Virus record (IMG/VR): IMGVR_UViG_3300025389_000010
Span: 64,001 to 128,000 of that record
Direction: 5' to 3' (one strand)
Origin: a virus
Lineage: Duplodnaviria; Caudoviricetes
DNA: 64,000 nt
A program made the position numbers and the translations under genes. Shown here one piece after another: positions 28,811 to 36,985 of this stretch. Every line of letters starts with the position of its first letter. The first letter of the stretch is position 1. The notes below the pieces were generated by a model. It saw nothing but the letters and a program-made list of their open reading frames with translations. It had not been told where the DNA came from and did not search any database.

Positions 28811-29609
28811 AATTGGTGTTGGTATAATAACATGTGATAGAATAGATTTCTTTAAAAAAGCAAATTCAAGTCTTCGTCGTGCTTTAAAAAAGCATTCGGA
28901 CGCAGAATATATCTGTATTAATGATGGTAAACAATCTTTTAATATCTCTGGATCATGTATTAAAACTGAAGGATATACCGGTGTTGCTAAAGCAAAAAAT
29001 TTAGCATTAAAACATCTTATAGAAAAAGATTGTGAACATATCTTCTTAATGGAAGATGATATCGAAATCATAGATGATAATATTTTTGATGCATATATTA
29101 ATACATCAAAAGCAACAGGATTAAAACATTTAAATTTTGGTCTTCATGGTAATCATAATCGAGATTCAAAAGGAAATCCCACAATTATTAAGACTGTTAA
29201 TTATGGAAATGGCATTAGTATAGATTTATATCCAAATGTATTGGGTGCTTTTAGTTATTATCACAGAAATGTATTAGATGATATTGGTTTAATGCCAACT
29301 TATTATTTCAATGCATTGGAACATGTTGATCATACATATAAAGCATCATTAAAAGGATACACAAGTCCTTGGAGATATTTTGCAGATATAAATAATTCAT
29401 CCGAATATATTAAAGATATTATTCCGGATCACAAACAATCAAAAATTAGAAACAACCCTAAATTTCAAGAAAATTTTATGAAAAGTCTTAATGTTTTTAT
29501 TGAAAAAAATGGATTTAGCGTTGTTCAAGGATATGGTCCAGCTGAAAAAGTGATACCAATTGATAATTGTATTATAAAATTAAAAGAAATTTATGGCAAA
29601 CAGCAATAA
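28797..29609 (+). CDS. Glycosyltransferase family 2
   Basis: IGVGIITCDR, INDG, GVAKAKN, FLMEDD, LEHVD. Confidence 0.85.
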   Translation: MQKNKIGVGIITCDRIDFFKKANSSLRRALKKHSDAEYICINDGKQSFNISGSCIKTEGYTGVAKAKNLALKHLIEKDCEHIFLMEDDIEIIDDNIFDAYINTSKATGLKHLNFGLHGNHNRDSKGNPTIIKTVNYGNGISIDLYPNVLGAFSYYHRNVLDDIGLMPTYYFNALEHVDHTYKASLKGYTSPWRYFADINNSSEYIKDIIPDHKQSKIRNNPKFQENFMKSLNVFIEKNGFSVVQGYGPAEKVIPIDNCIIKLKEIYGKQQ

Positions 29610-31080
29610 AATAGGTGTAGCGATAATAACTTATAATAGGAAAGAATATTACAGAAAAGTTCTTAATACAATACCTAAGAACAGAATAGATTTTCTTGTT
29701 GTTGTTAATGATGGCAAAGCATCATACGTGAGTGATGATGATGCAAACGTTGTTATTCGTAATAAACGAAAATTAGGAGTAGCAAAAACAAAAAACATAG
29801 CAATTGATGTGTTATTAGAAAATAATATCACACACATGTTTATAATTGAAGATGATATTTTAATAAAAGATAAAAACGTATTTCAAGAGTATATAAACGC
29901 TGCAAACACTACAGGAATTCATCATTTATGTTTTGAAAAATGTGCAGATAATTCAAAATATTTGTTATATGATATTGAATATCCAAACGGTGTAAAAATT
30001 GGATTTTATAAAAACCCACAAGGAGCATTTATGTATATAAATGCGGCTCTTATCAAGAAATTTGGTAAATTTGATGAAAATTATACAAACGCATTTGAAC
30101 ATATTGATTTTTATTATAATCTTTCTGAAAAAGAATTAGTACCGCCTTTTTGGTTTTTTCCTGATATATTAAACAGCGAAGAATATCTCCAACCAATAGA
30201 AGGAAGTGATGAAAACTCTACAATTACCAATAAAGAAAAATATAAAGAGAATTGGACAGCAGCAGCAACGCATTTTGTTTCAAAATGGGGCAAATTTACC
30301 ATAGATATACCACACCCATCAAATGAAGATGTTGAAAAAAGACTTATATTTTTAGAAAAAAATTACAGTAAAAAGAAAATATACAATGAACATCATAAAC
30401 TTTCTATAATAGTACCATATAGAGATCGCAAAGAAGCATTATATAGATTAATTCCATATTTGGAAAAATATGTTTCAAAACAAGTAGAAAATTATGAAAT
30501 TATCATAGTTGAACAGAATAACGATAAACCTTTTAATAAAGGTCTTCTTAACAATGTTGGTTTTTGTTTTTCTGCAAAAGATTCTGATTATGTTTGTTTT
30601 CATGATGTTGATTTATTACCAGAAATAGCTGATTATAGTTATCCTAAATTTCCTGTGCATATGAGCGCACATTGCAGTCAATTTCAATATGTTAATATAC
30701 CAGATAAAATAATGGGCGGTGTTGTTTTATTCCAAAATGAACATTTTAAAAAAGTTAATGGTTATAGTAATGAATTTAATGGTTGGGGTAAAGAAGATGA
30801 TGATTTATATGTAAGATGTGAAAAAGAAGGTCTGCCGCCTTATAAACACAGATTTGGTAGATTCTATAGCATACCTCATACACACAGATTAACTATTCCA
30901 GAAGAAAAAGAACTTCATGAAAAAAACGGAGAAAGATTTCGTGCATTTGAATCTAATGCATTAGGAGATAATTATCATAAAAATGATGGTCTTTTTAATT
31001 GTTTATCTTTAATCGACAATAATGAACCAATATTAAAAGAAATAACAAAGAACACAAGACATTATTTGGTCAATTTTTAA
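29593..31080 (+). CDS. GT2 + GT7 (beta-1,4-galactosyltransferase-type) fusion
   Basis: GT2: VVNDG, FIIEDD, FEHID; GT7: IIVPYRDR, EQ..DKPFNKGLLNNVG, FHDVDL, GG, VNGYSN.F.GWGKEDDDL. Confidence 0.9.
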   Translation: MANSNKIGVAIITYNRKEYYRKVLNTIPKNRIDFLVVVNDGKASYVSDDDANVVIRNKRKLGVAKTKNIAIDVLLENNITHMFIIEDDILIKDKNVFQEYINAANTTGIHHLCFEKCADNSKYLLYDIEYPNGVKIGFYKNPQGAFMYINAALIKKFGKFDENYTNAFEHIDFYYNLSEKELVPPFWFFPDILNSEEYLQPIEGSDENSTITNKEKYKENWTAAATHFVSKWGKFTIDIPHPSNEDVEKRLIFLEKNYSKKKIYNEHHKLSIIVPYRDRKEALYRLIPYLEKYVSKQVENYEIIIVEQNNDKPFNKGLLNNVGFCFSAKDSDYVCFHDVDLLPEIADYSYPKFPVHMSAHCSQFQYVNIPDKIMGGVVLFQNEHFKKVNGYSNEFNGWGKEDDDLYVRCEKEGLPPYKHRFGRFYSIPHTHRLTIPEEKELHEKNGERFRAFESNALGDNYHKNDGLFNCLSLIDNNEPILKEITKNTRHYLVNF

Positions 31081-32367
31081 ATGAAAATATTAATTAAATT
31101 TCCAACCCGATCAAGACCTGATAAGTTTTTCGATGTATTAAACAAATATATTGAAAATGCTAATGATTTAAAAAATATAGCTTTTTTGATAAGTTGCGAT
31201 CATGATGACTCGACGATGAACAATCCAGAAGTAATTGCTAAACTGGAAAAATTGAAAGAAAAAATAAAACTTGTTTATTTTTTTGGTAACAGTAAGACTA
31301 AAATACAAGCAATAAATGTAGATGTTAATAAAGTTAACGGTTGGGATGTTCTTTTACTTGCTTCTGATGACATGGTACCCGTTATTAAAGGTTATGATGA
31401 CCAGATAAGAAAAGATATGTATTCATATTTTATGAACACCGATGGTACATTATGGTATAATGACGGCGGACAAGATAAAATCAATACTCTTTCTATTTTA
31501 GGTAAAAAATATTACGATAGATTTGGATATATCTATCATCCTTCATATATAAGCCTTTGGTGTGATAATGAATTTACAGAAGTATCGGTTAAACTTGGAA
31601 GATGTCAGAAAATCGATAAAAAAATAATAGAACATTTTCATCCTGTTTATAATAAAACTGATTATGATCAGCTTTACATCAAAAACGAATCTTATTTTGG
31701 TTTAGATCAACAAAATTATATGAAAAGGGCTAAAAAAGATTTTGATTTATATGATCAGTTCCCTTTATTTTCAATATTAACACCAAGCGTATATTCAAGA
31801 ATGGACAATGATTTAAAGAAAATCATAAACAAAATTGAAAAACAAATAAAAGAAAACAAACTTGAAGGTAAAGTTGAACATTTAATAATGATTGATAATA
31901 AAATTTCTACAATTGGTAGAAAAAGAGATTCTCTCGTTCAAACATCAAATGGTAAATTTGTTGCTTTTGTTGATGACGATGATGATATTTCAGATGATTA
32001 CGTTATTGAAATTTATAATGCCATCAAAAACAATCCAAATGTTGATGTTATAACATTTAAACAAAATTGTTATGTTGATAACAATCCAGTGTCAACAGTT
32101 TTATTTGGATTAAAAAATGAACATGAACCATACATTCCAAATTCAACATTTAAAAGAAAACCATATCATATTTGTGTTTGGAATTCAAAGTTAGCAAAAA
32201 AATATCATTTCAGTTTTATAAATTATGGTGAAGATTTAAGTTGGGTAACTCAATTGTGGCAAGAGGCAAAAAATGAATTTTTCATAGATAAAAAACTTCA
32301 TAGTTATGTTTATAGAACATCCCACAGTGAAGCAAATGTTGCAAATGCTAGAAATAAGCAAATATAA
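31081..32367 (+). CDS. Two-domain GT-A glycosyltransferase
   Basis: LLLASDDM in domain 1; AFVDDDD and GEDLSW in domain 2. Confidence 0.8.
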   Translation: MKILIKFPTRSRPDKFFDVLNKYIENANDLKNIAFLISCDHDDSTMNNPEVIAKLEKLKEKIKLVYFFGNSKTKIQAINVDVNKVNGWDVLLLASDDMVPVIKGYDDQIRKDMYSYFMNTDGTLWYNDGGQDKINTLSILGKKYYDRFGYIYHPSYISLWCDNEFTEVSVKLGRCQKIDKKIIEHFHPVYNKTDYDQLYIKNESYFGLDQQNYMKRAKKDFDLYDQFPLFSILTPSVYSRMDNDLKKIINKIEKQIKENKLEGKVEHLIMIDNKISTIGRKRDSLVQTSNGKFVAFVDDDDDISDDYVIEIYNAIKNNPNVDVITFKQNCYVDNNPVSTVLFGLKNEHEPYIPNSTFKRKPYHICVWNSKLAKKYHFSFINYGEDLSWVTQLWQEAKNEFFIDKKLHSYVYRTSHSEANVANARNKQI

Positions 32368-32395
32368 TTGAAATTTCAATATTATCTGCTATATT
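32368..32395 (+). promoter_or_regulatory. Sigma70-type promoter TTGAAA-N16-(TGc)TATATT (gp46)
   Basis: Extended -10; 7 nt before ATG 32403. Confidence 0.6.
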
Positions 32396-32402
32396 GGTCT
32401 GA

Positions 32403-34211
32403 ATGAAAAAAGTAATTTTTAATAGCGTTAAAATTAAAAACTTTCTTTCTATCGGAGAAGACCAAATTGAGATTGATTTTAAAACTGGAATAACTATTAT
32501 AACCGGTGAAAATAAAGATAAGGGTGGAAAAAATGGAATAGGTAAAAGTACTATATCTGATGCTATTTTTTGGTGTTTATTTGGAAATACAATAAGAGAG
32601 CTTAAAAAAGATAAAATTCAACACAATAAAAATGATGGGACATGTCAGGTTTCATTATCATTTACGATAGAAGATGGTAAAAAGAATGTATCATATACGA
32701 TAAAAAGAATACTTGATCCTGCTAAAATTGAAATTATAGCACATAACGATGAAAAAGATGTTGATATGACATTATCAACAATTCCAAAAAATGACGAATA
32801 CATAAAACAATTAATTGGTGCCAACGAAGAAGTATTTAATAATGCCGTTATCATGTCGGCTAATAATACAATGCCATTTATGGCACAAAAGAAAACTGAA
32901 AAACGTAAATTTATTGAAGGTATTCTTCAAATGAATATTTTTAGTGAAATGCTTTTAAAGGCAAGATCATTACATAATGATTCAAAAAAAGAAAATGATT
33001 TATTAGCCAAAGATTTTGTAAACGAACAACGTATTTTAGAAATATTAAAGAGTAATAAAGAAAATTTCGATGAAAATAAAAATACAAGGATTGGTTCAAT
33101 TAATGAAAAAATAAAAAACATTAATATTGAATTAGAAAATTTAAGAAAAACTGAATATCCAAATGAAAATGACACAAAAAAAGAATTAGAAAGATTAAGA
33201 GAGATAGAGAAAAAAATCGATGATTTGCAGAAAGATACAAATCGAAAAATTTCAGATCTCACGGGCAAAAAATCAGCAGCACGAACTCTTTTAACTGAAA
33301 AAGAAAAAGAAAAAGCAAAATTTAACAGCAAAACCGGATCATGTCCAACATGTAAAAGAAATTTTTCATTTGATAGTATTAATCATATTACTGAAGAAAT
33401 AAAAAAACTCGATAAAGAAATATGGAATCTGAAAGATATAGAATACGAAGCGGATAAACAAATAAAAGAAAACAGTAGTTTATGCTCTAAAATTTATCAA
33501 AATAAAACAAAAATTCAAAAATTAATAGATGAACAAAATTCATTTATAAGAAAATCTTCTTTACATGAAGAAAAATTATTAAACCTTATTAATAAAAATA
33601 TAGAATATGAAAAGGATATAAAAAATATTGAAAATGAATTGTTTAAAGATGATCAAAATATTTTAAATTCAGAACAAAAAATAAAAGATATTGAAACAAA
33701 ACTTATTTCAATTAAAAAAGAACTTCAAATTCTTGATACTGTAAAATTCATCGTATCGGAAGAAGGTGTAAAAGCATTTATTGTTAAGAAGATAATGGAT
33801 ATATTCAACAACAGGTTAAATTTTTATTTAAAACACCTTGATGCACCGTGCAAATGCATATTTGATGAATCTTTTGAGGAAACAATCTACAATGAACAAG
33901 GAAAAGAATGTTCCTATTTCAATTTTAGCGGTGGAGAACGTAAAAGAATAGACACTGCGATTCTTTTTACGTTTCAAGATGTATTGAGGCTTCATTCCGG
34001 TACATCTTTTTCTCTGAATATATACGACGAGCTTTTTGATTCTGCTCTTGATGATAAAGGTATTGATAAAATTCTTGAAATACTAAAGACTAAAGTTGAA
34101 AAATACCAAGAATCAGTATATATCATCACCCATAAAAACAATACTAAGACAAATATTGATAATATTTTGTTTTTAGAAAAAGAAAATGGTGTCACTAGAA
34201 TTATAAAATAA
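32403..34211 (+). CDS. gp46: Recombination endonuclease ATPase subunit (Rad50/SbcC-like)
   Basis: NGIGKST Walker A, CPTC zinc hook, FSGGE signature, DELFD. Confidence 0.95.
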   Translation: MKKVIFNSVKIKNFLSIGEDQIEIDFKTGITIITGENKDKGGKNGIGKSTISDAIFWCLFGNTIRELKKDKIQHNKNDGTCQVSLSFTIEDGKKNVSYTIKRILDPAKIEIIAHNDEKDVDMTLSTIPKNDEYIKQLIGANEEVFNNAVIMSANNTMPFMAQKKTEKRKFIEGILQMNIFSEMLLKARSLHNDSKKENDLLAKDFVNEQRILEILKSNKENFDENKNTRIGSINEKIKNINIELENLRKTEYPNENDTKKELERLREIEKKIDDLQKDTNRKISDLTGKKSAARTLLTEKEKEKAKFNSKTGSCPTCKRNFSFDSINHITEEIKKLDKEIWNLKDIEYEADKQIKENSSLCSKIYQNKTKIQKLIDEQNSFIRKSSLHEEKLLNLINKNIEYEKDIKNIENELFKDDQNILNSEQKIKDIETKLISIKKELQILDTVKFIVSEEGVKAFIVKKIMDIFNNRLNFYLKHLDAPCKCIFDESFEETIYNEQGKECSYFNFSGGERKRIDTAILFTFQDVLRLHSGTSFSLNIYDELFDSALDDKGIDKILEILKTKVEKYQESVYIITHKNNTKTNIDNILFLEKENGVTRIIK

Positions 34212-35068
34212 TGAAAATTCTATATATAACATTGCCTAATCATTTAGATTATCAAAATGATTGTCTTTTAATAGGATTAAAGGAATTATATGGCGAAAAC
34301 GTTGTTGATGTTGAAAAAAGATCTCATATATATGATACGTTTCCAGTAGAAAACCTTAAATTTCAATATGGATTTGGTATGACGGTTACTAGATGTTTAC
34401 CAGATCTAGAGGTAGACAGAACAGAAATTTTAAATAAAATTAAAAATAAATATTTTGACCTTGTCATATATGGTTCTATTTTACGTTGCTCTACATACTT
34501 GCAAGAAGTTTTATCAATTTATCCAAAAAATAAAATTATATGTATTGATGGCGAAGACCATAATATGATAGATCCAATATCTAATAATGAATTGATTTAT
34601 TTTAAAAGAGAGCTTATATATGACAATATAGAAAATGTTTTTCCAATTTCTTTTGGTATGCCTTTATCTAAAATAAATTTTAATGAAAATAAAATAAAAG
34701 ATTATGCTTATATAACACCACTTGATAGAAATACATATATTTATAAAGAAGAAAAAGATTATTATAATGATTATAAAGAAGCAAGATTAGCGATAACTTG
34801 TAAAAAATCAGGTTGGGACTGCATGCGTCATTATGAAATTTTATCAAATGGTTGTTTGCCAAATTTTAAAAACATTGAAAATTGCCCTTCGCAAACAATG
34901 ATTTTTTTCCCTAAAAATTTATGTGTAGAATTAAATAAAAATTTAAATATAGAAAATATATCTATTGTATATGAGAAATACGTAAATAAGTTTAAAAAAC
35001 ATTTTTTTGAAAATAATACAACAACAGCAATTGCAAAAAATGTAATATCAATAGTTAAAAAATATTAA
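34211..35068 (+). CDS. GT-B/exostosin-like glycosyltransferase candidate
   Basis: CIDGED; KKSGWDCMRHYEILSNGCLP resembles the R..E...GCxP motif. Confidence 0.5.
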   Translation: MKILYITLPNHLDYQNDCLLIGLKELYGENVVDVEKRSHIYDTFPVENLKFQYGFGMTVTRCLPDLEVDRTEILNKIKNKYFDLVIYGSILRCSTYLQEVLSIYPKNKIICIDGEDHNMIDPISNNELIYFKRELIYDNIENVFPISFGMPLSKINFNENKIKDYAYITPLDRNTYIYKEEKDYYNDYKEARLAITCKKSGWDCMRHYEILSNGCLPNFKNIENCPSQTMIFFPKNLCVELNKNLNIENISIVYEKYVNKFKKHFFENNTTTAIAKNVISIVKKY

Positions 35069-35069
35069 A

Positions 35070-35618
35070 ATGAACATAATAGAAGAAAAATATAAAGAAA
35101 AAAAACAAACGCCTTCTGATATAAATGAACACTTAGAAACTCTTTATAAATATGCAAAAGAGTGTAATAGTGTTGCAGAATTTGGAGTAAGAGACGTAGT
35201 GAGTTCATATGCATTAGCTCATGCTAGACCTGAAAAATTAATATGTGTTGATATAAAAAATAATCAAAATGTTGAAAAATTCTTAAAAGAATGTCAAGAT
35301 GAAAATATAAATGTAAGATTTGACCAAGCTAATACTTTAAATTATGAATTAGAAGAAGTAGATATGCTTTTTATAGATACTTTACATACATATGATCAAA
35401 TTTTAGGTGAACTAGAAAGACATCACAGTAAAGTTAAGAAATATATTTTAATGCATGATACCATATCATATGGAAATAGAAATGAATTTGGAGACATATG
35501 CAACGGAAATCATGGTCTTATACCCGCTATTAAATTATTTTTAAAAAATCATAAAGAATGGAAAGAATTATATACATATACTAATAATAATGGTCTTAGT
35601 ATTTTAATTAGAAATTAA
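35070..35618 (+). CDS. Class I SAM-dependent methyltransferase (Methyltransf_24-like)
   Basis: VAEFGV, CVDI, DMLFIDTLHTY, YILMHDT, NNGLSIL. Confidence 0.85.
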   Translation: MNIIEEKYKEKKQTPSDINEHLETLYKYAKECNSVAEFGVRDVVSSYALAHARPEKLICVDIKNNQNVEKFLKECQDENINVRFDQANTLNYELEEVDMLFIDTLHTYDQILGELERHHSKVKKYILMHDTISYGNRNEFGDICNGNHGLIPAIKLFLKNHKEWKELYTYTNNNGLSILIRN

Positions 35619-35619
35619 T

Positions 35620-35647
35620 TTGTTTTTATAAAAAAAAATATTATAAT
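35620..35647 (+). promoter_or_regulatory. Sigma70-type promoter TTGTTT-N16-TATAAT
   Basis: 8 nt before ATG 35656. Confidence 0.55.
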
Positions 35648-35655
35648 ATAAAAAT

Positions 35656-36954
35656 ATGGCACTTAAAATTAAAGAAGAGATAAAAAATAAAATTGTTTTT
35701 GAATACGAACCGTTTAAAGGCGGTCTGCCAAACGCACCCACAAATTTACCTGTTGGCTTTCCAACGTATTCTTATGCTGCTTTAAAACCCATACATGTTC
35801 CTGCAAAGAAAAAGATAGAAATGCCTGAAGCTAATTTACCAAGGGCTGTTAATTATTATGCAGACTACGGTGGTTGTGGTTTTTGGAGAATGATTTGGCC
35901 TGAATATATGCTTAATGCATATTCAAGAGCTTGTATCTGTGGTCTCACTCAAATGGTGATGGATGTTAATTTTTATGGTGGGATTAAAGCCATAAGAATG
36001 CAAAGACAAGCAACAACAATTCAAAAAGAATTTATTAAAGAACTTATAAAGTTAAAAAATAAATTTAATTATAGACTTATCTATGAAGTAGACGATATTG
36101 TTTTCAAAGATGATATTCCCGATTATAATTCTTGTAAGGAAGCTTTTGTTTCTCAGGATATTGAACAAAATATTTTAGAAATCATGGGAATGATGGATGA
36201 AATTACGGTAACTTGCAAATATATGAAAGATTATTATATTGCAAAGACCGGAAATAAAAAAGTTACGGTTGTTCCGAATTATCCTCCTAAGTTTTGGCTT
36301 GATAAATTTTATAATAAGGAAAAAATTCAAAAAGATTTTGAATTAAACAAGAAAAGACCAAGAGTTCTTTATTCCGGATCTGGAACTCATATAGACATGA
36401 TGAATAAAAATGGTTTTAATGATGATTTTGCACACGTTACGCAAGAAATTATCAAAGCTAGAAAGAAATTTAAATTTGTATGGAAGGGTTGCTATCCATT
36501 AGTGGTAAAACCATACATCGACAATGGTGATATGGAATTTATAGAATGGTCAAGTCTGATTGATTACCCAAAAGGACTATATGACACAAATTGTAACGTT
36601 GTTTTTGCTCCATTACAGGACAATGTTTTCAATAAATCAAAGAGTAACATCAAAATGGTGGAAGCAAGCGGTATAGGACTGCCCGGAACATATCAAGATC
36701 TGTGTACCTATGAAGATGCCGAGTTTAAATTTAAAAACGGTGTTGATTTAATTTCACAACTTGAATATTTAACTTCTGATTTTGATCGTTATATGAAAAT
36801 TTCAGAAAAATCCAACACATTTATTCAAAATCTTTGGCTTGAAGATCATTTGGATGAATATGATGCCATCTATTTTACGGAATGGGGGTCGGAAGAAAGA
36901 AAAAAGAAGTCTCCTATTCTTATACAGAACAATCCTGATCAAAATATTCATTGA
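35656..36954 (+). CDS. GT-B fold glycosyltransferase
   Basis: GCGFWRMIWP, IYEVDD, ITVT, VVPN, VLYSGSGTH, APLQDNVFNKSKSNIKMVE. Confidence 0.8.
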   Translation: MALKIKEEIKNKIVFEYEPFKGGLPNAPTNLPVGFPTYSYAALKPIHVPAKKKIEMPEANLPRAVNYYADYGGCGFWRMIWPEYMLNAYSRACICGLTQMVMDVNFYGGIKAIRMQRQATTIQKEFIKELIKLKNKFNYRLIYEVDDIVFKDDIPDYNSCKEAFVSQDIEQNILEIMGMMDEITVTCKYMKDYYIAKTGNKKVTVVPNYPPKFWLDKFYNKEKIQKDFELNKKRPRVLYSGSGTHIDMMNKNGFNDDFAHVTQEIIKARKKFKFVWKGCYPLVVKPYIDNGDMEFIEWSSLIDYPKGLYDTNCNVVFAPLQDNVFNKSKSNIKMVEASGIGLPGTYQDLCTYEDAEFKFKNGVDLISQLEYLTSDFDRYMKISEKSNTFIQNLWLEDHLDEYDAIYFTEWGSEERKKKSPILIQNNPDQNIH

Positions 36955-36979
36955 TTTTGGCTTATTTTTAAGATAGCAT
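36951..36979 (+). promoter_or_regulatory. Sigma70-type promoter TTGATT-N17-TAGCAT (polymerase)
   Basis: 6 nt before ATG 36986. Confidence 0.5.
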
Positions 36980-36985
36980 GGGTTA

